From positions 1 to 43,680 of the forward strand of contig CDRNVI010000031.1 in assembly GCA_977017575.1 (NCBI GenBank): a stretch of 43,680 bases of DNA, in the 5' to 3' direction. Of the stretch, positions 1-12,310 are shown piece by piece (position 1 is the stretch's first letter; each line of letters opens with the position of its first letter). Both the position numbers and the translations under genes were made by a program. The notes below the pieces were generated by a model that was not told the DNA's origin, did no database searches, and was given only the letters and a program-made list of their open reading frames with translations. Origin of the DNA: Paramoeba atlantica (lineage: Eukaryota > Protista > Discosea).

Positions 1-1
1 G

Positions 2-691
2 AAGAAGAAATTACGGAAACCCCACCTTACGAAGCGTCACAAAGCTCTACGTCTTGCCTTTGCAAAGAAGTATGAGCATTGGACGAACGCCGACTGGAGC
101 CATGTGCTTTTCACTGATGAAAGTAAGATCTGCCGTTTCGAGTCGAATGGCAGCCGGTGGGCGTGGGTGAGCTTTGGGGAAGCACTTTCAGAGCGAAATA
201 CACACAGCACCGTGAAGTACGGTGGGGGATCCATCATGGTATGGGGGTGTATGATGGCTCACGGCGTGGGCTCCATTGCTCTGGTTCATGGCAACATGAA
301 TGCTGAACAGTACGTTCAAATACTTCAACAGAATTTGTCTCCTTCCCTCCACAAGTTGGAAGTCATGAAGGACCGGATCATCTTCCAACAAGATAATGAT
401 CCAAAGCACACGAGTAAGAAGGCCCGGGAATTCCTTCGTTTACAAGAATTGTGTGTCCTAGACTGGCCCCCGCAGTCTCCCGATTTAAATCCCATAGAGC
501 ACCTATGGGGCGAGCTCAAAAAGTCGACTGCGGATCATCCAGATCCTCCCGTAGGAATGTTGGAACTTTGGGAACGCGCCCAAAAAGCGTGGGCAGGCCT
601 TCCTCCGAGTGCATGTCTTCCTCTTGTCCGCAGCATGCCCCGTCGTTTAAGGGCAGTAATTAGGGCGAAGGGGGGACTTACGAAGTATTAA
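2..691 (+). CDS. Tc1/mariner DD34E transposase, 5'-partial
   Basis: Frame open from base 2 (KKKLRKPHLTKRHK...WSHVLFTDESK). Catalytic motifs FTDESK, FQQDNDPKH and WPPQSPDLNPIE, with 34 residues between the second D and the E. Confidence 0.92.
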   Translation, partial: KKKLRKPHLTKRHKALRLAFAKKYEHWTNADWSHVLFTDESKICRFESNGSRWAWVSFGEALSERNTHSTVKYGGGSIMVWGCMMAHGVGSIALVHGNMNAEQYVQILQQNLSPSLHKLEVMKDRIIFQQDNDPKHTSKKAREFLRLQELCVLDWPPQSPDLNPIEHLWGELKKSTADHPDPPVGMLELWERAQKAWAGLPPSACLPLVRSMPRRLRAVIRAKGGLTKY

Positions 692-849
692 GTTTTGGTC
701 ATTTTGGTTTGGTAAGGGTGAAGTAAGGCAAAGTTTTGGTCAAAAAAAAATAATCTCAAAAAAGTGAAAAAAGTGTTCAAGTGTTGGGATCGCATTATAT
801 CTTTCATAGTTTTTTATTGTAAGATCGTTGATGAAGTCTAAGTACGTGG

Positions 850-883
850 GAATGTAAGCACTACTCCAGCCTACACTACTGTA
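850..883. mobile_element. Right terminus of the Tc1 element, ending ...CTACACTACTG followed by TA
   Basis: Reverse complement reads TA|CAGTAGTGTAGG, a typical Tc1 CAGT terminus with TA target, about 190 bp after the transposase stop. Confidence 0.6.
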
Positions 884-2084
884 ATATACTACTGCATTAT
901 CCTCTGCATCTCTTTTGTAAAATATAAAAACATTAAAATTTGTGAAAACATTTGAACACTTTTGTTAGTTACTGTATGTTCATATTACATGTAATACATG
1001 CCTATGTGTTCTATGAAAACTTTTTTTTGTTCATTGAACACGTAGAACGCATTGAACACTTTTTGGGGAGGTACACATCCCACGAACATGTTGATTATTT
1101 TTCATAAAACTTTTTGTTTTTGCGCATATCCAAGTGATTACACATGCCCTAGCTATGCAGTATAAGAATACCGCGGTATGAGGTTCTCTCTTAGTACGCG
1201 TGGCAGCTTTTTTGTACTCGCCGAACGTAATGCATTTCTTATTTCAAAATATTTTGTTGCTGTTGTTGTAAAAAACTATTGTTTCCCTCATTTAGTCAAG
1301 CATTATCTACAACCCTCAACAATTTCTAATGAGAGGACGAGGTCCCACAGGAACCTTTCGTGCCCGTCGAAGAAAAATGGGGAACCACCCCAATCGATTA
1401 CATGGGGAACCAATTCAAATACACAAATACATCCAATATCCTATAAGACCGACTTAAAGTCGGTTGAAAAACTTAACACTTTAACCTTGAAAGCTTTCAT
1501 CTATGACTTCCAAGTTCAGAGCTTATATGTGTCTGATACGGTGCAAACAAACAATATTTTTCCCATAACCTACAAATAATCCTCAAGGCATTCCAAATTT
1601 GCAAAGATACAATTCCATCAATTCTTTCCTTAGTTAGACGGTTTCCTATTACCGCCAGTTCTCGCAACCTTACCTCGAAGCACACTTCGTACCTCAGCTT
1701 CGCGCTTGGATGCAGGAATGTCTCGCGCTGGCCCATTTCCAAGGGATTTCATTTTGAGTAAGGCCTTCAAAGACCATAAAGGCTGTGAATTCTCCTCCGA
1801 GTTGTCAGCTGTTTTTCTCCTTTTTGGTATCGGAGGCCGAGCCACTTTCATACGAAACATAAATAATATACCATCGACCTCACTCTCATACGAAACACTA
1901 ACCTTTATAAAATGATCACAGACGAATCCAGGGCTTGGGCGCTTAAAAGTTATTCAAAAAGTGTTTTCAAAAATTAGTAATTTACGAGTGGATTATATTA
2001 CGGTTAATTTCTTTAAGATCAATTTTAGCCAAAAATAACCTTAAAAGCGCAATTAAATCATACCGTAATTAATATACTATCCCC

Positions 2085-2175
2085 CCTATTTACACCCTAT
2101 GTAATAATTTACACCCTATGTAATAGGGCTACGTGCCACCCCCCTTTAATAGGGCCATTTTGTCTGGAAGGCCGA
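2085..2175. repeat. Dispersed repeat, inverted copy at about 41150-41215
   Basis: TTTAATAGGGCCATTTTGTCTGGAAGG here matches the reverse complement of CCTTCTAGACAAAATGGTCCTATTAAA at 41152-41178, and similarity extends into the flanks. Confidence 0.65.
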
Positions 2176-2964
2176 AAAATATTTCAGGGAAAGTGCCAAA
2201 AATTTGTCGAATGCGCCGCGAAGTGGCGGATTTCTTTTTCCGTATCTACTCCAACAACCACAAGTGTATGAAAAGGGAGTAGGAGCTTGTTTCACAACGA
2301 TAAAAAAACGTTACCTCGTTTGCCTTCAGTGAAAAGAGGTACCGTTGCTGAGACTGGAAAAGAATTCATACTACTTGCAACGGCCCCGGTTCTTGGCAAA
2401 GGGGGGCTTCGAATGATGTATTTGCTTATCGGCCCACGATTTTTTAGGGGATATTCAGATATAGAGATGATAATTCGAAGATCGTAATTTAATAAGACTT
2501 ATAGCAAAAGCGAATAACAACATGGGGTTAATAAATTGATGAAATCACTAAAAAAATCATGAAAATTATATTCGGGAAAAATTGAATGGAAAAAATAAAT
2601 TTTACTGTCTCATACTCACTCTCTTTTCATAGACTTCTTGGGCTTCGCTAGGTTCATTAACAAAGATGTCGACGTCAATGAGGACGTGCTGCTGAAGAGG
2701 GTTTTTATTTATATTCTTCCATGTCTCCCCTTTTTGTGGCTACTATTTTTTTTCGAAAAAAGATAATCAGTAAAAATGAGATTGTATGTGTATGTGTGTA
2801 TATGGGGCAAAGTAAAGCACTTCTGCACAAAGTAAAGCACTTCTGAATGTTTATTGTAGGAGTGGGACAGAAGACGAACTAATAATGGGAACGCAAAAAG
2901 AAAAGCTCCTCATAGTGGGTTCTACGCCACTTTTCCCGAATGAACGATTGCAGAGGGAAGCTAA

Positions 2965-3876
2965 TTACTCATCTCCCTCCTCGCTGCTTTCTTCCAAGGT
3001 GCTGCGCTCTAGAAACAACAAGGACTCAGAATACATGCGAAGGTCCGTAAGAATACGTTTTATACGCGAGCCTCCGTTCACTAAAAGTGCCCCGTTAGCA
3101 AGTTCTGCAAACATCTTCATTCTGTTGCAGCGTGTTTCCTCTGTGTGCCCCCGGCGCCCTCCTCGTTGCTTCAACTCGCGCTTCAAATGGTAGTTCGCAC
3201 TTTCCACGGTGTTCGTATGAAACCCTGTAGGGCTCGCCTACTCTTTTTTGTGGTTTACAACACCATGACGCCAAGACTTACTTATGCATTTACTCGCAGC
3301 TGCCCCGTCAGTGTACACTTGCGTGCGCTCGTTTTTGGCAAGGTGACGAACGTGAGCGGTCATGTCTGACGGAGTGGTGTGCTCCAAATATTTGACATAA
3401 ATGTCGAGCATCGGATAGTGCAGCCCACCGTCGACGTCCATGACTTCATCGCAATTCACCAATGTGTGGGACCAAGAGCTTCCGTTCTCCCGCACTCGTT
3501 TGCTGTGTCGATGACGAGACCTTTTGATTTGAGACACGCAAGTCTAGTCCTTTTGCATGTATACAACAGTCCCTTCGGCACGGTCGAAGCGTATATCATA
3601 CACCATTGCAATGATGCTCTCAAAATAGTTCGTAAATCTCCCTGTTTCTCGAATGATATTCCTCAGTGAGACGGCGAATGTCAGAGCGTAAATCATTATT
3701 ATCGTATTTTTAATGGTGCGCTGAGCACAGTTGCTAATCATCGGTTCTAAAACTCCATAAAGGCCTCGACAGGAATCGTTGTCTTGCGTCGGGCACAACC
3801 AATAAGTTTCAGTGCGGTCACAGGCCACAGGCTCCTCGTGATACTTTTCCTTGTCACACCATGCCTGCTGTACCAC
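2965..3876 (-). pseudogene. Merlin/IS1595 (ISXO2-like) transposase pseudogene
   Basis: VYTDG...HGVVNHKKE*ASPTGFHTNTVESANYHLKRE is the ISXO2 C-terminal signature, with an in-frame TAG at 3238. An upstream Cys-containing fragment lies at 3544-3876. Confidence 0.8.
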
Positions 3877-3965
3877 TAGTTTGTGGTTTTTTGCCTGAAT
3901 TTTTTGATACTAAACCACAGTTATTATTCACATTCAAAAACAGGCACTTTGTGAATAATAAGTGT

Positions 3966-4832
3966 GATTGCGGTGGTTGTATAACTACCGCGCTACACTC
4001 GATTATTGAAAAAAAAAGCGAACAAAAACAGTGAAAATATAAAGAGGAACACAGTAATATAATAGAAGAAAAAAAGATTAAAGGGGGCTCCGGTGGTCCA
4101 AAACTGAAAAAAAAGAAATTGAAAAAAATGGGAGGTCTAGGGGGGGGTCCAAGGGGGGCATACCGCACGAATTATTTTTTGAAAGAATTATTTTTCGACA
4201 AAAAACCGCAGATGGGGTAGCCGGGGTCTTGGCGCGTATTTTCCACCCCCCTACCAGGGGGTGAACCCCCCGCGTATCCGCAGGACGGGTCCGCCAAGTT
4301 CGGATTTTTTCGGAAAAAAAATGAAAAAAAATTCAACTTGGCGAAAAACAAATTTTTCCAAAATCGTTTCCCCTATTGTATTTTGACAGTGTGGGACCTA
4401 TACTAGCTTTCTCGGCCGGTATTTTCAAAAGGTGTCCTTTCTTCGAGCCGTGGTGCGCCCTTCAAAATGACCCATTTTTGACTAAAAAAGGTGAAAAAGT
4501 ATTTTTCGGACCCCAAGGGGCCTTTTTGTCTCGAAAGAATGGTGTGGTTGGAGTGGCATTCTCCACCCAATACGTTCGGTAGGCTTTGGTTCATCCCTAC
4601 GAGTCATTTCCCACACGCAAACATCAGATTTAGTGCTCTGAGAGCAAAAATATACGAAAATCACCCCATTTTTATCCGAAAATAGGCTATTTTTGGCTAT
4701 AATCTTTCCGTTTTCTTCAGCTTTCCTGGCCAATTTTTCTTTTTTAGGCTCTTCTTTAAACGAGGTGGTAGTTTTCAACGCGAAGCGCGCAGCATGAGTG
4801 ACTTCTAAGTTGAAAACAACCACCGCGTTTAA
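3966..4832. repeat. Composite palindromic repeat family, copy 1
   Basis: Modules GCGGTGGTTGTATAACTACCGC, CGATTATTGAAAAAAAGCGAAC, GCAGGACGGGTCC, GTGCTCTGAGAGCAAAAATA and a long hairpin (4754-4832) recur at 32.7-34.9 kb and 39.2-39.6 kb. Confidence 0.8.
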
Positions 4833-5951
4833 CTAAGATTGTGAATAATATGTGTAATTGACACTTATTATTCATAATTACACTTATTCCCATGCGTCGA
4901 GAAAGAGAAATAGGGATCTCGTCGAGGTTAATTACGAAAGAGTAGTCCAAGAGCAGTGACACATCGCTGAAGGGGGTCGCAGCGTCGCAACTTTTAAGTC
5001 TCACGTGACGGTGCAACTTCTTTCCATTTGTAATTTTTTTTGGATTCGGATTTATAAAGCTGCTCTCTGCGATGGACGGTATACAATCCGTTCCAGGTCG
5101 CTCCGGACGGTCACTGGCAAGCCAGACCCTTCACAGACAGATATGGAAGTTTCGAGGCCGACGTCCTCTACCAGTTTCCGCTTGTCCAAGGTGGCACCAA
5201 CGTGCTGTTACCAACACGCTGCGTCGATGAATTGTACGTCAACACGGCTCACCCAAGAGGCTTAAGCCGGGTAAGGGAGATGGTTCCCTGAGGGGAGGGT
5301 CCGGGACGGTCCTCCGAGTACTGAGCCTAGTCGGTCCTTAGCCCAGCCACTTAGAGTGAGGCCGCCAGGAATAATGCGATGAGCTGGTTTGAACTCGCCA
5401 TCTGAGCACCATGTGCTTCAATCTTTGAGTTCTTGCCACTCCGCCACCTCCGTCTCCTTCTAAAAGTGAAAATGTTTTTCTTTTATTTTATTTTTCTTCA
5501 CCTGTCTACTTAACATACCTACATATGTATATGTAGGTATGTTATCTGTATATCTTGATAACATACCGGGGGGTATGTTAAACGGGTATGTGGTTTAAAT
5601 CTGGATTTGGAAGAAGCTTTTCCAAATACGAAAAACTTCCTTCGAACCTCTCCGGCAATAAATATAGTAACTTTGCAGATTTTCTCCTTGATAGAGCCAC
5701 GTAAACTGCTGAATGAGAAAGCATGCTTCTATGGTAGATTAGTATGAATTGTGGCTCCTTGGACTTTAGGTATTATGAACGAGAAACCGCAACCTATTTT
5801 CAGTTCATAGTCCAAATAGCTTTTTTTGAATTCGGCCGACACTCTGCCGTCAACGGTGGTTGCTGAAATTTCCACAACAGCGAAAGATGAGCAGTCTAAA
5901 ACTTCTCCAGGTTTACCTTGTTCCCTCACGTACTTTCCGAAACCAAAACGA

Positions 5952-6037
5952 ATGTGAATAATAAAAAATGTGAATAATAACTGTATTTGTGAATAATAAC
6001 TGTACTTGTGAATAATAAAAAATGTGAATAATACCTG
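5952..6037. repeat. Tandem GTGAATAATA-containing repeat (5 copies)
   Basis: Seen directly. The same motif occurs near 3952 and 4842. Confidence 0.8.
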
Positions 6038-6269
6038 TGAGGGAGGTTTAATTATTGAGATCAAATTTGCACGCCCAAAGGATCTCTTTTGGGAAATTTC
6101 ATTAGGAAAGCACAAATGAATAAGCAATCGAGTTTTGTATTTCGCACAAAGGCTTTACTCCATTGTAGCAAGATTGCGCACGATTTCCAAAGTGCTAACA
6201 ATCGCTTCTTCACCAGCAGATGAAGCTGCTTCCTGAGAGTTCTCAGAGTCGGGAGAGTCATACAAGAGC

Positions 6270-6720
6270 GGAGGGCTACACTTTAAAATCTTTTTGTGGA
6301 GGCTCAGTGGGGAAGCGTTCCCAAGAACTTCTTTTGGGCGCTCATTTATTTCAAAAGCAACGCGGCGCACCTCTTCCTGCGACTGGGCAAGGAACGGGAG
6401 CTTTTTGGGATAATAGTCGCGCACTAGGCCATTAAAATTTTCAACGCCCCCCTTTCTCCCAGCTCGAGTACGGCTTGCAGAAAAAGGAAAAGATGTCGTA
6501 CGCCTCGTTGATTACCTCGTGCTTCGCGAATTCCGTACCATTGTCGTATGTAATGCTTCGCACACGGTACCCTTCAAGAGCTTCAACGATCATGTCAGCC
6601 ACATGATCTGACTTTTTTTTTTCAAGTTGACGCAGTATTCCAAATCTACTCTTCCGCTCGATCAGGATTAAGAGATATCTGCTGTGCTTGTTCCCGGCTG
6701 AGTCCTGACCGCGTAATCCC
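6270..6720 (-). pseudogene. IS30-family transposase, catalytic C-terminal half
   Basis: LLILIERKSRF...RSITYDNGTEFAKHE...FCKPYSSWEKGGVENFNGLVRDYYPK...INERPKEVLG, with D-33-E spacing. One extra G in a G6 run near 6447 breaks the frame. Confidence 0.88.
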
Positions 6721-6902
6721 TACTCATTCTGCAATCTCCTGTGACATCTCTCCGTTATTATATAACAATGCGATATGCGACCGATGAGTTGGATTGATGC
6801 GTGTGCTGACTTCCGCCGTCATTCACAGAAAATTGACAAAAAAAAGTATTATGACAGATTAGGGTGGGAGTTTCTATGACACGGCACTAGGCCCATAGCG
6901 AT

Positions 6903-7500
6903 TTATAAAGTGGAAACTATTTGCCACTTTTTTACCTTTTCGCCACCTAGTTCGACGCAGGCCTTCAGTCTACGATCGAAACTTAAGATGGTATTATTTA
7001 TCATCTCAGTCGGGAAAGAACTCCATGTATTTAGAATACGCCTTTGCAGTTCGGAAACTGTAGATGGTAGCTTTTCATTTACGTCTTGTTGTGTCATTGA
7101 CCATATGTTTTCAATGGGGGAATGATCGGGAGAATTTGGGGGCCGTTTAGTAGCTTAATTTTTCGTTTGTTCAGGTAATTTATGGTGGCCTTGTCCTTAT
7201 GAGAGGTGGCACCATCTTGTTGAAATATTCTTTTGCGGGGGTAAATAAACATCTTTTAATGTGTCTATCTACACTGTATGTTTCGTGGGTAATAGAGGTC
7301 CCGCTGGATAACATTTAAGCATCTCCAGTCAATTCCTATAGCACCCCACACCTGACACTTAGGCGCCCAGCGCACCTTTAGTCTCTTCGCAGGGGTCCCT
7401 CCTTTTTTTACACATATTTTCATTCTATTATCGTTTGTATCAAACACCTTCTCATCTGAGAATATCAATTTCGAATTGTCCTCTTTGTAAAAGGAAACTG
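6903..7500 (-). pseudogene. Tc1/mariner transposase pseudogene
   Basis: LIFSDEK, IFQQDGATSH and PPNSPDHSPIENIW lie in different frames. C-terminus is SFDRRLKACVELGG. Confidence 0.85.
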
Positions 7501-7515
7501 TAAAGGTGGGGTACA

Positions 7516-7582
7516 CCCACTATTGGCAATCACCCACTCTTGGAAATCACCCACTATTGGAAATCACCCACTATTGGCAAAT
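7516..7582. repeat. 17-bp tandem repeat CACCCACTATTGGAAAT x4 after TA, probable MITE end
   Basis: Seen directly. The motif recurs in the palindrome at 8009-8067. Confidence 0.75.
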
Positions 7583-7788
7583 AATTAATTACCTCAAAAA
7601 TTGTTCAGATAGAATTTCTAAATGTACATTTGTAGCAACTAATGGATACCTTGAAGGCTGCGGCCATAAAGGAATTAGGTGATAACTCATGTGATATCGG
7701 TGTAGAAGTGTACTCTGACATCGAAAGTGATTTTGCATGCGATTTCGATGATGACGAGAAATGTCACAACGATTTTCCTACTACTTTA

Positions 7789-7865
7789 CACCCCTCAGTA
7801 AGAGATCCCCCAGTAAGAGATCCCCCAGTAAGAGATCCCCCAGTAAGAGATCCCCCAGTAAGAGA
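7789..7865. repeat. 15-bp tandem repeat CAGTAAGAGATCCCC (about 5 copies) after TA
   Basis: Seen directly. It explains the spurious VRDPP repeats in ORF 7642-7944. Confidence 0.85.
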
Positions 7866-8008
7866 GATTTGGCTCGTGAGCCCCAACAGGAGGCGTATAT
7901 GGCGTAGGGGGTGGGCGTCGGGGCCCTTCGGGGTTTTTCAGTAGAAAGAATAGAACAATTTGCGAAAAAACTTGCGATAAAAGAGAAATTTTGAATGCGT
8001 TCGTAAAA

Positions 8009-8067
8009 CCCCTTTGTCCAAGAGTGGGTAATCTGACTTAAAAATCACCCACTCTTGGACAAAGGGG
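8009..8067. repeat. Perfect 21-bp-arm palindrome with 17-nt spacer
   Basis: CCCCTTTGTCCAAGAGTGGGT...ACCCACTCTTGGACAAAGGGG. Confidence 0.85.
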
Positions 8068-8829
8068 GTAAAAATCCCCCACTATTGGAAAAAAAGTTTC
8101 CTTTTTGGAGGCCTACGGAATGATTTTTTCATAAATCGACACTAATGTGAAAGTGGTAAAATAGTTTTTAATAAAACTAGCAATTGGTCAGCCCAAAAGT
8201 AGCGATTGTATGTCCCTTAAATATATGCCGCAAACATCAAACAATAAAAATAAGAACAGTAAGAAAAGCAACCCAAACCATTCGCGCAGGTTTCGAACCC
8301 GTTTTTGTTTTTTTAAAAATAAACATATTTTAATATTCTTGTATTTTTTATGAGCTAAAAACAGCGGGAACGGACAGATCTCAAAATTTTGAACGAAAAC
8401 GTGGTATGATAACCCTACCATGCCCCCTCATGGAAACAATACGGGGGGTGACTTTTTGGTAGCCAGGGGTTTATACACACCCCTGTATGTATATTAAACC
8501 CCTGTGTGTATATTAAATAGGGGTTTATACACACCCCTGCATGTATCTAACAATGTCCCTGACCTATAATGTACAATACACTATGCACAAACGGATCTAT
8601 ACACAAAGCCAGCTAAAAAAGAAAAAGAATAGACCAGGTATTGCACGAAATTTTTTTACTCATCCTCACTTGAAGGAGTTTCTTGGCTAGCTTCAGAAAA
8701 TCTGCAGAAACTATCGCTGAGATCATTCATTATTTCAATGTTTTCGCATCCGTAGAAATCGCGGATACACTCAAGTATATTAATGAAACGTACCTGCCAT
8801 GCTTCTTTGCTCTCGGTTTTCTCATACCC

Positions 8830-9842
8830 TTACTTCACGCATTGCAAGGCCGCATTGCGGCGCAGATCCATTGACGACATACCGTAATTATAGTGCTGTT
8901 GCTTTATCCAATGTTTGATTGTCCGGTGCGCAGCCTCCGCGTGGTTAGTATGGCGCCCTTTTAGAGTCACGAATTCTTTACTGTGATTTACAGTAAAATG
9001 GCGGCAGTACTCCCCCAAGTTAATACACACAAGTTAATATGTATACTACAAGTTAATATGTGTAACCCCGCCACTGTCCGGTGGTCGGTAACCACCACTG
9101 AACGTGCGCTCATTAAATGGGGAGTGATCAAACTGAGGAGCGTATTCTGGTCCCTTCGCTTGACCAGCTTACAGTACGTTCTCCCCATTTTCCGGTCATC
9201 AATCTCCGTGACGGTGACAAACTTTTCTGACTCGCTTTCCACGGTGATACTTTCTTTTCCCGATGAAAGTTTCATCGACTTGCAACTTCGAAAAATTAAA
9301 GACCACATTCTCCTGGCGAAAATACAGTAAGCAACTCTGGAAACCATGTGCAACAGATTAGTTACTGCCCTCTGACGCACTCCACGGTTACGGGCGATTT
9401 GTCCAGTCGTCAAATTATGGGCTATATCCGCCCAGATTAGAAGAAGGGTAGTAAGAGTGACGCTTGTTCGGCTGCTCAAGTAAGGTTCGTACCGAAAAAA
9501 CCTTGCCCTACACGCATTGGTGTCCCCCTCCCCAGGATGAGTGCGCTAAAAAAAACCGAAGGCTCCCCTTCATCCCCACCATGAACTCCCCCCGTGACGT
9601 TTACATTGCGGTTCCGACAAGAGTCCATGGTTTTTCATCCAGACCTCAGCCGCTTCCCCTTGAGGAATGTAACGCATGTTGCGCCATAACCGAATGCACG
9701 CGAAGCCCTCGCACTCCCGACACACACTATGTGCTTCGAAGGGAGGAATTGTGCCCTCAGTCCAAGATGGTTCACCTTCACGATTTTCAACACTACTATT
9801 GGTGTGAGAAGCTTGTGTTTCCAAGAAAGCCATGAAGCGCAA
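8830..9842 (-). pseudogene. Merlin/IS1595 (ISXO2-like) transposase pseudogene, second family
   Basis: LQVDETFIGKRKYHRG (about 9245-9290), RRDQNTLLSLI, VVVTD and HFTVNHSKEFV..GRHTNHAE. Several frameshifts. Confidence 0.88.
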
Positions 9843-11574
9843 AAAAGCTCCGAAGTATTCCCAGTATCACTGTTGTTGTTCGTTTGAAATAGGATCCGTA
9901 AAGGAAAAATGTAGTGTTTTCTACAGGTCAATATTATAGAATAAGTACAGAATCCTGCGGAATTTGCAGACTTAGGTTCTCAGCGCGCGGGTCGCCAAAA
10001 AATATAACTCTGTCCCAGGGCTACACTCACAGAAAAATAACTTTTTACAGTTGGATCTTCTCACAGTTGGGCCTTGCTCGCAGATGTGGGCTACGCCCAC
10101 AGTTGAGCCTTGGTAGGCGATCTAGGTGACACAGATTAGAAATTTTCGGTGAAAAAACATAGCTCAGTGAGAAAATGGGTCGTGTAAAAATTGCTAACCC
10201 GTTCGTTGAATCGTTCAACGAACCGACGGCGGTTCGTAGAATATGCAACGAAGTAGAGACATAGCTCAATGGCCTCTCTTGAATGCCTACCCCATTACTC
10301 TGCCTTTGTATTGTAAAGGTTGTATGTACTGTAAAGGTTGTTTTCTCTTTATTCTTTCATATTTTTGCTTTCTTTCCTTTTTTCCTTCATCTCACCCTTA
10401 TGCATTTTTGGGGCACTGTGCGTCGTTTCCCCCGTGGCCGGCGTTGGCCCTGCATTTGTAACCGTAGGTTCTTTGCCTGCATTTAAAGTCGAGGTGCCCA
10501 ACTTCTCGCAGTTCAAGCATTTTAGCGACTGATATGCCTCGGATGAGGGTCTCAGTCGTAACCTGTTACTTCGCCCATCTGACGGATCAAGTTTGGTCCC
10601 ATTGTCAGCTTTCCGGACCGTGTCAGAAGCTTTTGGATCGACGAGAGGATCCGTGCTTTTTTGCTAATGGCGTTTCGCACGATTTCGGCTGTGTTTTCCC
10701 GAATAGGTGCTGTCCCGAGTAGTTCCATCGTGTGCTTCTCTCGGTTTTCGTGCACGCCAAGGGATCGTCGTGACGTCCAGCATGCAGGTTACATCAGTTA
10801 ACCACGACAGTCCCTGGGGAAATCGGGGCTCTGGGTTCATAAGCAGGGGTGAACGGCAATGCTGTACCACACGAATAAAATCATTCTATTTTTCTTTCTC
10901 GGTGTCTTTCCATTTCTCATCCTTTTCACTTGTCTTTTTCCTTTCCTGGGAGGCCTCTTGAGCTTTCTTTTTTCCCCGAAGGACACATGCAAGAAGAGGG
11001 CACCGGAAATACGTTCGTTCTCGTATTTCCTCTCCTCCATAATTTCCATCACAGTTAGTTTCTCTTTCTCTGGGACCACTTCCCCTATTCCTTCGAGGAC
11101 GGCTGAGTCGAAATCCAGGCACACAGGCCAGGCACGGTGCATGGATTTGAAAATCACTAGCCACTTCTTCTTATCAACTACTGTATCTTCATTGTTACAT
11201 ACTTAATTACTGTGCTGAACTCGTCTTGCAAGGCGTACAGTAAGCGAGGAGTGTCCGCTTGTGTTTAGATGTACTAAAATTTTACCTCGGGATTATTTTT
11301 GGCATTTCACCTAAACTTTCCTTGCACCTTGATTTTCTCGCTACAAATGCCACGGCGTGCATCGCTGTAATCTCTATTTCCCTCCAACTGCAAAATGTTG
11401 TGAGCCTCTCCCACAAGTTCCCTGACTCTCTATTTTCCTTTTATTTTTGTCTGGCATGATCCACACATTTCTCTCTCGAAAATTATACTCATACTGGCCG
11501 TTTGGGTGGGGCTGTTTCATAAGCTCTTGCAGCTTCCGATAGAGCCAGCCACCCGCGAGCGGAAATCCGCCTGC

Positions 11575-11625
11575 GATCTCTTCGGGAAATTCCGCCACAC
11601 ATGGTCGGGCGAACGACACCCGAAA
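11575..11625 (-). other. Degenerate CCHC zinc-knuckle-like motif in decayed coding-like DNA
   Basis: CFGCRSPDHVWRNFP (Cx2Cx4Hx4, last Cys replaced by Phe). The surrounding frames have many stops. Confidence 0.3.
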
Positions 11626-12310
11626 CAGAGGATACCAGGTCTAAGATACGCATACTACATACTATGTTGTTCTGAGGACTGTTCTTTGTTCTCAGAACAC
11701 CGAGAACACCATTCTATGAACCCACTTTACATGAAAGGTTTCCATGATCTTTGAAAAAAAATTAGAATCATCCAGCGAGCCGTTGTTGCATACGCTTGTT
11801 ATGGGCGGATCTGGAGAACATGATCCAGTCCCGCGGATTTTTATTACCAGAAAGTAGGCGACGCATGCTATCCTGTATGAACGACCTACATGCGACATCT
11901 TCATCCGAGTCATTAATTTCACCGAGAAGGCTTTGTTGCTTCGAAATGCGACTCCCAATATGGCGTATTCATGTCGCAAGTATCCGGGGAATGAGTATGA
12001 CACGTCATGAGTATGAGTGGAAATGTTTTAAAAAGTCATTTAAAAGTTTTCTGAATAGGAAAAACTCATGAGAAACATTTGCCAGGCCTTTGACATTTGC
12101 CAGGCCGGGGGCACACTTCTGTCCATGGGTGTATATTCCTAATACATACATGTATTATATTTACATGTATTATATTTCAATGTACATGTATTCCTTCCAC
12201 TCCTCCTCGGTAATGCAAAAAATTGGATGCTCGTTATTATTTTCTGGACGATAGAGATATATGGGAAAGAGATTGTTGGCGCGTTCCCAAAAACTTGGGG
12301 AAGTAATTCC

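Noticed and set aside
1150-1860. Possible decayed gene on the minus strand
   Set aside because: About 9 internal stops in about 235 codons, near random expectation, and no recognisable motif.
2296-2304. AACGATAAA match to the SL 5' block (also near 12431)
   Set aside because: Only 9 nt in AT-rich sequence, and it lacks the CAGTTTCTGTA core.
5005-5460. GC-rich coding-looking stretch, possible retroelement remnant
   Set aside because: No RT, RNase H or recombinase motif recognised in any frame.
10300-12050. LTR retrotransposon
   Set aside because: Only one imperfect zinc knuckle. No LTRs, protease, RT or integrase motifs were seen.
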